From contig CAWETU010000001.1 in assembly GCA_963812135.1 (NCBI GenBank), forward strand, positions 1,088,001 to 1,152,000: a stretch of 64,000 bases of DNA. Reading direction: 5' to 3'. The DNA comes from Vulcanimicrobiota bacterium. Its GTDB lineage: Bacteria; Vulcanimicrobiota; Vulcanimicrobiia; Eremiobacterales; Eremiobacteraceae. A model generated the notes under the pieces. The model was given only the letters and a program-made list of their open reading frames with translations, had not been told where the DNA came from and did not search any database. A program made the translations under genes and the position numbers. Below are positions 28,759-39,323 of this stretch, in pieces (position 1 is the stretch's first letter; every line of letters starts with the position of its first letter).

Positions 28759-30914
28759 TGGATCCGCTCGATCAGCTCAACGACGAGCAGCGCGCCGCCG
28801 CGGCTCACACCGATGGCGCTGTCCTCATCTTCGCCGGCGCGGGCTCGGGTAAGACGCGCGTCCTGACGCACCGCATCGCGTACCTCCTCGCAACCAACCG
28901 CGCGCCGGCGCACCGCATCCTCGCCGTCACCTTCACGAACAAGGCAGCGGGCGAACTGCGCACGCGCCTCCAGGCACTGGTCGGCGACGCGTCGCGGGGT
29001 CTGTGGGTCGGCACGTTTCATTCGATCGGCGTGCGCATGCTGCGCCGCGACGGTGCCGCGGTCGGCGTCGCTCCTAATTTCGTGATCTACGATGACGCGG
29101 ACCAGCGCACGCTCATCAAAGAGATCCTGCGCGACATGAACATCGACGAGCGCAACTATCATCCAGGCGCGGTGCTGCGGCACATCGGCCGCGCGAAGGA
29201 GCGCCTGCTCGATCCGCTCGCCTACGCCGACTCCGCCGACGGGCAGCTCTCGCCGGTGGTCGCTTCCTTATATAGCGAGTATCAGCGCCGGCTCAATCAG
29301 GCCAATGCGCTTGATTTCGACGACCTCATCATGCGGACGATCGGGCTGCTCGAGCGCCCGATGGAGGGCAAGCCCTGGCGCGAGCGCTTCCAGTACGTGC
29401 TCGTCGACGAGTATCAGGATGTCAACGAAGCGCAGTACCGCATGGTGCGCGGCCTGTCGCAAGGCAGCGGCAATATCGCGGTCGTTGGCGACGACGATCA
29501 GTCGATCTACGCGTTCCGAGGCGCCGATCACCGCATCATCTTGCGCTTCGAACGCGATTTCCACAACGCCTCGACCTATCGGCTCGAGCGCAACTACCGC
29601 TCGACATCGCCGGTCCTCTCGGCTGCCAACGCGTTGGTGTCGCACAACACGCAGCGCCATCGCAAGAAGCTGTGGACAAGCCGCGAGGGCGGCAAACCGG
29701 TGCGCGTGTACGCCGCCACCACCGAACGCGACGAAGCGCGTTTCGTCGTCGATACCATTCACGCAGGCGTGACCGATGAGGGTCGCAGCCTGAGCGATCA
29801 CGTCGTGTTGTATCGCACCAACGCCCAATCGCGCGCCTTTGAAGAGGCCATGTTGGTGGCCGGCACTCCGTATCGCGTGGTGGGCGGCGTCGGGTTCTAC
29901 GCGCGCGCCGAAGTCAAAGACGCGCTGGCGTATCTGCGCTACATCACCAATCGCGACGACGGCATCAGCTTGCGTCGTATCATCAACGCGCCACGGCGCG
30001 GCATCGGCCAGGCGACGCTCAACGCGATCGCCGACGAAGGGGCGCGCCGCGGGCTTTCATTCGCACGCGCCATGCTCGAAACTGAGGTCATCGCGGCGGT
30101 TGCTCCCAAAAAGGCCAAGGACCTTGCGGCGTTCTTCCGCGACATCGACGCGTTCGCGGTGATCGCCACCGATCAGGGCCCAGCCGCGGCGCTCGTCTCG
30201 GTCTTGGAAGACACCGGCTACGTCAAAGAGCTGCGCGACGAGGACACGGTCGAAACGCGCTCGCGTCTCGAGAATTTACAGGAGCTGATCGGCGTGGCCC
30301 GCGAGTACGAAGAGCGCGAGGGGCCGGACGTCGCCGGGTTCTTGGCGAACATCTCGTTGGTGTCGGATCTCGATGCGATGGACAAGGGCGGATCCGCAGT
30401 GACCCTGATGACGCTGCACATGGCCAAGGGCCTGGAGTTTCCTGTCGTGTTCCTCGCGGGTCTGGAAGAAGGCGTGTTCCCGCACAATCGCGCGCTCGTG
30501 GATCCGCATGAGATAGAAGAAGAACGAAGGCTGGCATACGTCGGCGTGACGCGCGCGATCGACGAGTTGTATCTCTCCTTTGCGAAGCGACGCACGACGT
30601 TCGGCAGCGCGTATCTGCATCCGCCGTCGCGCTTCCTCAACGAGATGACGGGTCTCGAGTTCCTCAATGCGCCGCCGCTCTCGCCGATCGGGTCGCTCGC
30701 GGGCACGTGGGAAGAGCTGGCCGCACCGGCGCCGATCGAGCGCGAGATCGAATTGGTCGTCGGTGACGCTGTCACACATCCGAAGTTCGGCGCGGGCAAG
30801 GTCCTTGAGGTGCGCGGTGCCGGCGGCGATGCGTTCGTAACCGTGGACTTCGGCGCAGTTGGGCGCAAGAGCATCATGCTCAACTACGCCAAGCTCGAGA
30901 AAGTCGCTCCGTAG
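28758..30914 (+). CDS. pcrA: ATP-dependent DNA helicase PcrA/UvrD
   Basis: AGAGSGKT, VDEYQD, VGDDDQSIY, NYRS, EERRLAYVG. Confidence 0.96.
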   Translation: MDPLDQLNDEQRAAAAHTDGAVLIFAGAGSGKTRVLTHRIAYLLATNRAPAHRILAVTFTNKAAGELRTRLQALVGDASRGLWVGTFHSIGVRMLRRDGAAVGVAPNFVIYDDADQRTLIKEILRDMNIDERNYHPGAVLRHIGRAKERLLDPLAYADSADGQLSPVVASLYSEYQRRLNQANALDFDDLIMRTIGLLERPMEGKPWRERFQYVLVDEYQDVNEAQYRMVRGLSQGSGNIAVVGDDDQSIYAFRGADHRIILRFERDFHNASTYRLERNYRSTSPVLSAANALVSHNTQRHRKKLWTSREGGKPVRVYAATTERDEARFVVDTIHAGVTDEGRSLSDHVVLYRTNAQSRAFEEAMLVAGTPYRVVGGVGFYARAEVKDALAYLRYITNRDDGISLRRIINAPRRGIGQATLNAIADEGARRGLSFARAMLETEVIAAVAPKKAKDLAAFFRDIDAFAVIATDQGPAAALVSVLEDTGYVKELRDEDTVETRSRLENLQELIGVAREYEEREGPDVAGFLANISLVSDLDAMDKGGSAVTLMTLHMAKGLEFPVVFLAGLEEGVFPHNRALVDPHEIEEERRLAYVGVTRAIDELYLSFAKRRTTFGSAYLHPPSRFLNEMTGLEFLNAPPLSPIGSLAGTWEELAAPAPIEREIELVVGDAVTHPKFGAGKVLEVRGAGGDAFVTVDFGAVGRKSIMLNYAKLEKVAP

Positions 30915-30943
30915 TAGGGCCATCTTGTCCCGCCCTTGAAACG

Positions 30944-31705
30944 ATGAAGCACATGATACGGGCCGGTGTTGCCGGAGCGAACGGCAAGATGGGGACGCTG
31001 ACCGCGAGCGCGCTCGACAACGCCGACGACATCGAATATGTCGGTGGACTCGTGCGTGCTGGATCAGCGAAGGGGCCGAAGCAATTCAGTGATATCGAGA
31101 CCTTTGTCAAGCAAGCCCATCCGGACGTGCTCGTCGACTTCTCCCTCTTCCCGGACTCGAAGCGCCTCGTGCTCGACGCGCTCGAGCGCGGCGTGCGCGT
31201 GGTCATCGGCACGTCCGGCTACGGCGCCGACGATCTTCAAGACGTTCGCCACGCGGTCGACCGCACCGGCGTCGGCGCGATCTTCGCACCCAACTGCGCA
31301 GTCGGCGCGGTGCTCATGATGAAGTTCGCCGAAACGGCGGCGCCGCATTTCGATGCGATCGAGATCGTCGAGACGCATGAGACCGGCAAAAAAGATGCGC
31401 CGTCGGGCACCGCGATGGCGACGGCGCGCAAACTCGCCGAGCACGGGACGTTCAAGCGCGCAGCGACCAAGGTCGTCAAAGCCGAAGGCGCGCGCGGCGC
31501 GGAGATCGGCGGCATCGGTGTGCATAGCCTGCGGATGCCCGGCATCGTCGCGCAGCAAGAAGTGGTTCTCGGCGGTCATGGCGAGATGCTGAGCATCCGT
31601 CATCAGTCCTTGTCTCGCGACTCGTTCATGCCGGGCGTGTTGCTGGCGGTTCGCGCGGCGGCAAAGCTCACGCGCTTCGTCGACGGATTGGGGGAGTTGC
31701 TGTGA
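30944..31705 (+). CDS. dapB: 4-hydroxy-tetrahydrodipicolinate reductase
   Basis: GANGKMG, ETHETGKKDAPSGTA. Confidence 0.95.
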   Translation: MKHMIRAGVAGANGKMGTLTASALDNADDIEYVGGLVRAGSAKGPKQFSDIETFVKQAHPDVLVDFSLFPDSKRLVLDALERGVRVVIGTSGYGADDLQDVRHAVDRTGVGAIFAPNCAVGAVLMMKFAETAAPHFDAIEIVETHETGKKDAPSGTAMATARKLAEHGTFKRAATKVVKAEGARGAEIGGIGVHSLRMPGIVAQQEVVLGGHGEMLSIRHQSLSRDSFMPGVLLAVRAAAKLTRFVDGLGELL

Positions 31706-32715
31706 CCCGGCCGGAGCGGCGCCTCAACGTGGCGATCGTGGGTGCGGCAGGTCTCGTCGGCGAGACGGTGGCGCGCATCTTAGAGGAGCGCAGCTTCCCA
31801 ATCGGGTCGTTGCGCGCGTTCGGCACGGGCCGCTCCGCTGGTATCCGCCTCGATGTGGCGGGCTGCGGCGCCGAGATCGAATCGCTCGATGCTACAACCG
31901 AGCCCTTCAAGAATATCGACGTCGCATTTTTCTCCGCAGGGGATGCGGTCAGTCAGCGATATGCTAAAGCTGCGGTGCAAGCCGGCGCCTTCGTCGTCGA
32001 CAAGTCAGGCGTCTACCGCCTCGATTCGCAAACGCCGCTCGTCGTGCCCGAAGCCAACGCCGACGACATCGGATCACATCGCCTCGTCGCCAATCCGAAT
32101 TGTTCGACGATTCCCTTGGCCGTCACGCTTGCGCCGATCGAGCGCGAATTCGGTTTAGCGTGGGTGAGCGTCGCGACATATCAGTCCGTCTCCGGGGCAG
32201 GCAAAAATGCACTGGCCGAATACGAAGCGCAGACGCGCGGCGGGCACGACGTGAAATTCTTGCCGCGGCAGATCGTCGGGAACGTCGTTCCCGAGAACGG
32301 CCCGTTCGACGGCTCCGGGTACGGTGAAGAAGAGCGCAAGATCGCCGCGGAGCTCAAGAAGATCCTCAGCCGAGCGGACCTGCCGGTGTCGGCGACATCG
32401 GTGCGCGTGCCGGTCGCAGTCGGCCACAGCGAAGCAGTTTCATTCGCCACGAAGCGCCCAGCAACACGTGAGCAGCTCGCGGAGCTGTGGCGCGGCGCGC
32501 CAAGCGTCCGCTACTACGACGGCACCGCATACGCGACACCGCTGGAGATCGCCGGTAAAGGCGACGACGTGCACATTGGCAGGTTGCGCGAAGACACCGC
32601 GCACGCCGGCGCCTTCCTGTGTTGGGTCGCGTGCGACAACTTGCGGAAGGGCGCGGCGACCAACGCGGTGCAGATCGTCGAGCATGCGCTCGCCACGACG
32701 AAGGTGGCAGCGTGA
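31702..32715 (+). CDS. asd: Aspartate-semialdehyde dehydrogenase
   Basis: ANPNCSTI, TYQSVSGAG, DNLRKGAATNAVQI. Confidence 0.96.
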   Translation: MTRPERRLNVAIVGAAGLVGETVARILEERSFPIGSLRAFGTGRSAGIRLDVAGCGAEIESLDATTEPFKNIDVAFFSAGDAVSQRYAKAAVQAGAFVVDKSGVYRLDSQTPLVVPEANADDIGSHRLVANPNCSTIPLAVTLAPIEREFGLAWVSVATYQSVSGAGKNALAEYEAQTRGGHDVKFLPRQIVGNVVPENGPFDGSGYGEEERKIAAELKKILSRADLPVSATSVRVPVAVGHSEAVSFATKRPATREQLAELWRGAPSVRYYDGTAYATPLEIAGKGDDVHIGRLREDTAHAGAFLCWVACDNLRKGAATNAVQIVEHALATTKVAA

Positions 32716-33947
32716 AGAACGCTGATTTCGGCCGAATGAATTCGGCCGCTACAGGGGCCGGCGAAGTCGTCGTCATGAAGTTCGGCGGCTCGTCGCTCGC
32801 GACCGAGGAATTGCGCAAGACGGCACTCGAGCGCGTGAAAGACGAGATGCGCAACGGCAAACGGCCGGTCATCGTCGTGTCGGCGATGGGCCGGCGGCCC
32901 GACCCCTATGCGACCGATACGCTGCTCGGGCTCGCTTCCGCAAAAGTAGGCGCCAATCGGGATCTCCTCGCGTCGGCCGGCGAGTCGATCAGCGCGGCGG
33001 TGTTCGCGACGCTGCTCGAAAAGAACGGCATCCAAGCGCGCGCCATGACCGGACCGCAAGCGGGCATCCACACCGACAAGCGCCATGGCGAAGCGCGCAT
33101 CGTGCGCGTGGACCCGAACCCGGTGCGCTCGCGGCTCGACGCGGGCCTCACGCCGGTTGTGGCGGGCTTCCAAGGACTCTCGCCGGATGGCTCCATCACG
33201 ACGCTCGGCCGCGGCGGCAGCGATCTGACCGCGGTCGCGCTCGCGCACGCGCTCGGTAACGCCCGCTGCGAGATCTTCACCGACGTCGACGGCGTCATGA
33301 CGGCCGATCCGAAACGCGTCGAGGGCGCGCACACCGTCGACGCGCTGACCTTTGAAGAAGTCGACGAACTCGCCGCCAACGGCGCGACGATCATGCACGA
33401 CCGCGCCGCGCAGCTCGCGCGCGAAGAGCAAACGCCGTATTCGGTGCGCGGCCTGCACTCGGGATCGGGGACCGACATCGATACGGAGCGTCCGATCGCG
33501 CCCGGCAAGCCCGTCACCGGCGTCGCGACCATCACGGGCTACGCGTTCCTGCACGCCGTGCCGGAAGCCGCCGGCATGCCCGGCGGGTGGGAGCTCGACG
33601 CGCTCGGGAAGCTCAAAGACGAGCAGATCAGCATCGACTGCGTCAACATCAACCGGGCGGGGCTGTTCTTCTGCGTGCGCGGCGACGATCTGCATCGCGC
33701 GCGTTTAGCGCTCGAAAAACTCCCGGTTTCGCTGGGCTTCAGGCGCGACTGCGCCAAGATCTCAATCGTCGGCGCCGGCATGCGCGGCACCCCAGGCGTC
33801 ATGTTCGCCGTGGTGCGCGCGCTGGTCGACGCCGGCGTGCCGATCATCCACAGCACGGACTCCAACATCACGATCTCGATCCTCGTGCCGGGTGCCGACG
33901 CTCCCACCGCCGAAACCGCGTTGCACAAGCACTTCGAACTAGGGTAG
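32712..33947 (+). CDS. dapG: Aspartate kinase (DapG-like)
   Basis: KFGGSS, VVSAMGRRPDPYATDTLL, TLGRGGSD and ACT domains. Confidence 0.9.
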   Translation: MKNADFGRMNSAATGAGEVVVMKFGGSSLATEELRKTALERVKDEMRNGKRPVIVVSAMGRRPDPYATDTLLGLASAKVGANRDLLASAGESISAAVFATLLEKNGIQARAMTGPQAGIHTDKRHGEARIVRVDPNPVRSRLDAGLTPVVAGFQGLSPDGSITTLGRGGSDLTAVALAHALGNARCEIFTDVDGVMTADPKRVEGAHTVDALTFEEVDELAANGATIMHDRAAQLAREEQTPYSVRGLHSGSGTDIDTERPIAPGKPVTGVATITGYAFLHAVPEAAGMPGGWELDALGKLKDEQISIDCVNINRAGLFFCVRGDDLHRARLALEKLPVSLGFRRDCAKISIVGAGMRGTPGVMFAVVRALVDAGVPIIHSTDSNITISILVPGADAPTAETALHKHFELG

Positions 33948-33953
33948 GTGGAT

Positions 33954-34850
33954 ATGGCTCGCTTTGGGCCCGTCGTCACCGCGATGATCACGCCGATGAA
34001 AGATGACGGCGCAGTCGACTTCGCCGAAGCACGGCGGCTCGCCGGCTGGTTGAGCGAACACGGCAGCACAGGGCTCGTGCTCGCCGGCACGACCGGCGAA
34101 GCGCCGACGCTCACCGACGCCGAGAAGACCAAGCTCTTCGGCGAAATCGTCGCAGAAGTGGGCGGCCGCACCAAAGTCATCGCCAACACCGGCACCAACG
34201 ACACGCATCATTCGATCGAGCTGAGCAAGCGGGCGCAGGCATCGGGCGTCGACGCGCTGCTGCTCGTCGGCCCATACTACAACAAACCGCCGCAAGCGGG
34301 GCTCATCGAGCATTTCACCGCGATCGCGGATGCTGCTGACGTCCCCATCATGATCTACAACATCCCGGGGCGCACCGCGGTGAACATCCTGCCTGAGACG
34401 ATCGCGACGCTGGCCGATCATCCGCGCATCAACGGCGTGAAAGAATCCAGCGGCGACCTCATGCAGATCGCCGAACTGATCGCCAAGGTGCCCAAGGACT
34501 TCGACGTCTATTCGGGCGACGATCACCTGACGTTGCCGATCATGGCGATCGGCGGTTGCGGCATCGTCAGCGTGGCGAGTCACGTCGCCGGCGACGACAT
34601 CGCTGACATGTGCGATTCATTCGCGAGCGGCGACATGCCGCGTGCCGCTCAGCTGCATCAAAATCTGCTGCCTCTCATCAAGGCGCTGTTCGCGGTGACT
34701 AGTCCGATCCCGGTGAAGGCGGCTATGCAGCGTTTTGGGTTTATGACCGGCCGGTGCCGCCCACCGCTGTGCGAGCTGACGCCGGAACAGGAGCACGCGC
34801 TCGATCACGCGTTGCAACCGTGGCGCGCTCGAGTGCACTCAGCCGTATGA
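33954..34850 (+). CDS. dapA: 4-hydroxy-tetrahydrodipicolinate synthase
   Basis: GTTGE, PYYNKP, YNIPGRT, GVKES. Confidence 0.96.
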   Translation: MARFGPVVTAMITPMKDDGAVDFAEARRLAGWLSEHGSTGLVLAGTTGEAPTLTDAEKTKLFGEIVAEVGGRTKVIANTGTNDTHHSIELSKRAQASGVDALLLVGPYYNKPPQAGLIEHFTAIADAADVPIMIYNIPGRTAVNILPETIATLADHPRINGVKESSGDLMQIAELIAKVPKDFDVYSGDDHLTLPIMAIGGCGIVSVASHVAGDDIADMCDSFASGDMPRAAQLHQNLLPLIKALFAVTSPIPVKAAMQRFGFMTGRCRPPLCELTPEQEHALDHALQPWRARVHSAV

Positions 34851-35635
34851 GCACGCCCGGGCTCCAGAGCCCGGGACCCAGCCCGTCCGCGCAGGTTCCA
34901 ATCGCGTCCGAATCCGTCTTGATCCTCGGCTGCCGCGTCGATCGCGTCGACGCGACGGGCGCGCAAACGCGGATCGCCGGCTACCTCGGCCGAGGCACGC
35001 CCGCGCATGTCGTGACCCTTGGCGCCGAGATGGCCAATCTCGCGTACGGCGACGAGCGTTATCGCGGCGTGATCAACGCGGCTGATCTCGTCGTGCCCGA
35101 CACCATCGGCATCGTGCTCGCATCGCGATGGCTTCGTGCGCCGCTGCCCGAGCGCGTCGCGGGCATCGATCTGCTCGAGCGCGTATGCGCCGATGCGGCC
35201 ACGCAAGGACACTCGGTCTATCTGCTCGGCGGAGTGGAGGGAGCCGCTGCAGCGGCGGCCGCCTCGCTCGCACAGCGCCACCCTGGTCTGCGCATCGCCG
35301 GCACGGAGCATGGCTACTTCGACGAAGCGCAAAACGCGGCGGTAATCGAACGCATCCGTTCGTCCGGCGCGCGCCTCGTCTTCGTCGGTCTGGGGTTTCC
35401 GCGCCAAGAGTTCTGGATCCACGACAACCTCGCGCGCCTCGGACCCGTTGTCTGCATCGGCGTCGGCGGATCATTCGATGTCTTATCCGGCCGGTTGCCG
35501 CGGGCGCCGTTGGCCGTCAGGCGCGCCGGGCTCGAATGGCTCTATCGACTCGCACGCGAACCGCGCCGGTTCCGCCGCCAGCTCGCGTTGCCGCTGTTCG
35601 CGGCGCGTGCGCTGCGTCAGTCTTTGCGCGGCTGA
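34847..35635 (+). CDS. WecB/TagA/CpsF family glycosyltransferase
   Basis: ERVAGIDL, GLGFPRQE, GVGGSFDV, GLEWLYRL. Confidence 0.93.
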   Translation: MSTPGLQSPGPSPSAQVPIASESVLILGCRVDRVDATGAQTRIAGYLGRGTPAHVVTLGAEMANLAYGDERYRGVINAADLVVPDTIGIVLASRWLRAPLPERVAGIDLLERVCADAATQGHSVYLLGGVEGAAAAAAASLAQRHPGLRIAGTEHGYFDEAQNAAVIERIRSSGARLVFVGLGFPRQEFWIHDNLARLGPVVCIGVGGSFDVLSGRLPRAPLAVRRAGLEWLYRLAREPRRFRRQLALPLFAARALRQSLRG

Positions 35636-35671
35636 GTAGGCGCAGCGCACGGCCGAGTCAAATAGCGGCGG

Positions 35672-38332
35672 ATGAGCCGCTTGCGTTTACCGGCTATTGG
35701 TTTTCTGTTGGCCATCCTATTGGCCGGCCTAGCGCAACGCGGTAGCGCCGACACAGGCGACGCGGTGACCGCGACGCTGGATAACGGCCTGCGCGTCGTC
35801 ATCGTACGCGACGCGCTCGCACCCGTCGTCACGACCGAAATGAGCTACCTCGTCGGGTCGGTCGACGAACCCGATGGCGCGCCCGGCCTCGCGCACGCCC
35901 AAGAGCACATGATGTTCCGTGACAGCAACGGCTTGACCGGCGATCAGATCGCGGTCATCAGCAGCGCGATGGGCGGCAAGATCAACGGCGACACGCAACA
36001 GACGGTGACGCAGTTCATCTTCACGGTCCCGTCGGAAGACGTCGACGTCGCGCTGCACGTCGAGGCGATGCGCATGCGTGGGGCGCTCGACCCAGACGAT
36101 CAATGGAACGCCGAGCGCGGTGCGATCGAACAAGAAGTCGCGATGCGCCGTTCAAGCGCGCTGTATCGCGCGCGCGCCGAAGCGCTGGCCAAAGTGTTCG
36201 AAGGGACTCCCTATGCGCACGACGCGCTCGGCACCGCAAGCTCGTTCGAGAACATCAACGGTCTGTCGCTGCGCACCTTCTACTCATTGTGGTATGCGCC
36301 GAACAACGCGATCCTCGTGATTACCGGCGATGTCGATCCGGCAAAGACCCTCGCGCAAGTGCATCAGCTGTTCGACCCGGTTCCGAAAGTCTCGCTGCCG
36401 CGCCACGGCGATTTCCGTTTGAGCCCGCTCGTCGCGTCGACGGTGACCGAGCCGAGCGATCTGCCGTTCTCGATGGCGTTCGTCGCATATCGGCTGCCCG
36501 GCGTCGAGGACAAAGATTATGCCGCCGGTCAGATCCTCGGCGACGCGCTCGCCAGCCGGCGCGCCGAGTTCGCTCAGCTCGAGCCGCGCGGCAAGGCGCT
36601 GACCGCGAGCTTCATCTACGAACCGCTGCCCAAGGCCAGTCTCGGGGTGGCGTTCGCGGCGATCGGCCCGAACGGGGATCTCAAAGCGACGGCCGATACG
36701 CTCCAGACCCTCGGCGACACGTATGCCCGCGACGGCGTGCCGGCCGAACTGGTGGACGCGGCGAAACGTCATGAGGTCTTGGACGCGCAATCCGCACGCA
36801 GCTCTATTCCCGGCCTCGCGCAAGTGTGGTCGCAAGCGCTCGCGGTCGAAGGCCGCAACTCGCCGGACGAGGACGCGATGGCGCTGCAAGCGGTCACCGT
36901 CGCCGACGTCAACCGCGTCGCCAAACAGTATCTCAATCGCACGAGCGCGGTCGTCGCCATGTTGCAGCGCGCCCAAGACGCCCAGCCGATGTCCGGTCAA
37001 GAAGGCGGCGGTCTGGCAGAATCGTTCTCGCGCACTCCAGGCGCGCGCGTCGCGATACCGTCGTGGGCGCAAAAGGTGCTCTCGTCGCTGACGCCGGGCG
37101 TGTCGTCCATCGATCCTCACGACGAACGGCTGCCGAACGGCGTGCGGCTCATCGTGCAGCGCGAATCCTCCGGCCCGATGGTCTACATCGTCGGTCAGGT
37201 GAAGACGAATGAGAGCCTTGAGGCGCCGCCCGGCAAAGAGGGCGTCTCGATGCTGCTTGATGAGATGTTCTCGAACGGCACCACGTCGATGGATGAGGTC
37301 GCGTTTCTCAAAGCGCTCGATGACGCGTCGGCCACGCTCGACAGCGGCGGCACCTTCTCCATGCAGCTGCCGGTGACGACGTTTGACCAAGGCATGGCGC
37401 TGCTGGCCGACTCGCTCGAACATCCTGCGTTGTCCGATCGCGCGTTCCAGCGCTTGCACAACGAGCTCATCGCCGTGTTCGGACCATATCTGCAGCGCCG
37501 CGGCCTCAACGGCCAGCAGATCCTCATGCAACATCTCTATCCTGCCGGCGACGCGATGCAACGTGTGCCGACGATGCAGTCGCTGGCCAGCATCACCGCC
37601 GCCGACGTCCACAGCTACTATCGCAAAGCGTTTAGGCCGGATGAGACGACGATCGTCGTAGTCGGCGACATCGCGCCTGAGACCGCGCGCGCGTCCGTCG
37701 ACAAATGGTTCGGCGGTTGGCGAGCGGACGGACCGAAGCCGCGCGTGGATGCCCCGCCCGTTCCCCCGAACAAGGGATTTCGCGGCGTGTACTACTCGAA
37801 TTCGCTGCAAGACCAGGTGCTTGAAGAAGAGACGATCGGGTTGAACCGTTCCAGCGGCGACTACTATCCGTTGGAGGTGGGCAACCAGGTGTTCGGGCGC
37901 GTGAGCTTCACCGCGCGTCTCTTCCAAGACTTGCGCGTCGACCGTGGACTCGTCTACTACGTCGACGGCGAACCGGTCTACAACGGTTCGCGCGCGACGT
38001 ATCGGCTGCGCTACGCGTGCGATCCATCGAACCTCGCCGCGAGCGAGGAGGTCGTGCGGCACGACATCGAGCTGATGCAGACCACGCTCGTCGGCCAGCA
38101 GGAGCTACGCGAAGCAAAAGCGCTGCTGGAGCGGGAGATTCCGCTCGCCGAGGCGTCGGAAGAAGACATCGCCGCCGCGCTCACGGCGCGCGCGATCGAC
38201 GGCGTCGCGTTGGACGAGCCGAGCCAGGCCGCGCAACGCTATCTGCGCGTGACTCCCGAAGACATCCGCGCGGCGTTCGCCAAGTGGCTGTCCGCCGATC
38301 GCATGGTCGAGCTGGTCAGGGCGCCGCGGTGA
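35672..38332 (+). CDS. Secreted M16 (pitrilysin) zinc peptidase
   Basis: Signal peptide, LDNGLRV, GLAHAQEHMMF (HxxEH), second LPNGVRL half. Confidence 0.92.
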   Translation: MSRLRLPAIGFLLAILLAGLAQRGSADTGDAVTATLDNGLRVVIVRDALAPVVTTEMSYLVGSVDEPDGAPGLAHAQEHMMFRDSNGLTGDQIAVISSAMGGKINGDTQQTVTQFIFTVPSEDVDVALHVEAMRMRGALDPDDQWNAERGAIEQEVAMRRSSALYRARAEALAKVFEGTPYAHDALGTASSFENINGLSLRTFYSLWYAPNNAILVITGDVDPAKTLAQVHQLFDPVPKVSLPRHGDFRLSPLVASTVTEPSDLPFSMAFVAYRLPGVEDKDYAAGQILGDALASRRAEFAQLEPRGKALTASFIYEPLPKASLGVAFAAIGPNGDLKATADTLQTLGDTYARDGVPAELVDAAKRHEVLDAQSARSSIPGLAQVWSQALAVEGRNSPDEDAMALQAVTVADVNRVAKQYLNRTSAVVAMLQRAQDAQPMSGQEGGGLAESFSRTPGARVAIPSWAQKVLSSLTPGVSSIDPHDERLPNGVRLIVQRESSGPMVYIVGQVKTNESLEAPPGKEGVSMLLDEMFSNGTTSMDEVAFLKALDDASATLDSGGTFSMQLPVTTFDQGMALLADSLEHPALSDRAFQRLHNELIAVFGPYLQRRGLNGQQILMQHLYPAGDAMQRVPTMQSLASITAADVHSYYRKAFRPDETTIVVVGDIAPETARASVDKWFGGWRADGPKPRVDAPPVPPNKGFRGVYYSNSLQDQVLEEETIGLNRSSGDYYPLEVGNQVFGRVSFTARLFQDLRVDRGLVYYVDGEPVYNGSRATYRLRYACDPSNLAASEEVVRHDIELMQTTLVGQQELREAKALLEREIPLAEASEEDIAAALTARAIDGVALDEPSQAAQRYLRVTPEDIRAAFAKWLSADRMVELVRAPR

Positions 38333-38336
38333 TCGC

Positions 38337-39323
38337 ATGCGAGGCATGATCCTGGCCGGCGGGCTGTCGACGCGACTGTACCCGCTGACCCTCAAGCTTC
38401 CCAAACCGCTGGTGCCTGTGCTCGATCGGCCGGTCGTCGCGCACGTGCTCGACTACCTGCGCCGCTTCGACGTGGACGACATCGCCATCAACATCCATTA
38501 TTTCTCGGACGCGGTGCGCCAGTTCGTCGGCGACGGCTCCGCGTGGGGCGCACAGGTCACGTATTTGCACGAGACCGAGCTCATGGGCAGCGCCGGCGCG
38601 GTCAAACAGCTCGCGGCGCGGTTCACCGAGACGTTCGCCGTGATCGGGTGCGACGACGTCACGACGCTTGATCTGCGCGCCGCGCTCGACTTCCACCGCG
38701 TGCGCAACGCCACCGCGACGATCGTGCTGGCGCGCGCCACGGATGTCAGCCAATACGGCGTCGTCGTCACTGACGACGATGGCCGCATCCGCAGCTTCCA
38801 AGAAAAGCCCGCGCCGGGCACCGAGCTAAGCAAGCTCGTGAACACCGGCGTCTACATCTTCGAACCGAGCGTGCTCGAGCACATCCCGGCGAACACGTTC
38901 TACGACTTCGGCAAACAGGTGTTTCCGCATCTGCTGCGCTCGCAAGAGCGTTTCTTCGGCATGGTCCAAGACGCGTACTGGTGCGACGTCGGCACGCCGG
39001 CAGAGTATCGCCGCGTGCATCGCGATGCGCTTGAGGGGCGGGTCAAGCTCACGCCGAGCGAAGGCGCGACGGTGAAGGACGGCGTGTTGATCGGGCACGG
39101 CGCGCGGGTCGATCCGAACGCGAACATCATCGCGCCGTCGTGCATCGGTCACGACGTGGCGATCGATGCCGGGGCGGTGGTCGACCGATCGATCGTGTGG
39201 AGCGGCGCCAAGATCGGTGCGGGAGCGCGCATCACGGACGCGGTGATCGGCAACGGCGTCAGCATCGAGCCCCGCGCGATTGTCGATGGCGGCGAACACG
39301 CGGCCGCGACACTGACCCGCTGA
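38337..39323 (+). CDS. Second sugar-phosphate nucleotidyltransferase
   Basis: ILAGGLSTRLYPLT, FQEKP, YWCDVG and LbH tail. Confidence 0.92.
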   Translation: MRGMILAGGLSTRLYPLTLKLPKPLVPVLDRPVVAHVLDYLRRFDVDDIAINIHYFSDAVRQFVGDGSAWGAQVTYLHETELMGSAGAVKQLAARFTETFAVIGCDDVTTLDLRAALDFHRVRNATATIVLARATDVSQYGVVVTDDDGRIRSFQEKPAPGTELSKLVNTGVYIFEPSVLEHIPANTFYDFGKQVFPHLLRSQERFFGMVQDAYWCDVGTPAEYRRVHRDALEGRVKLTPSEGATVKDGVLIGHGARVDPNANIIAPSCIGHDVAIDAGAVVDRSIVWSGAKIGAGARITDAVIGNGVSIEPRAIVDGGEHAAATLTR

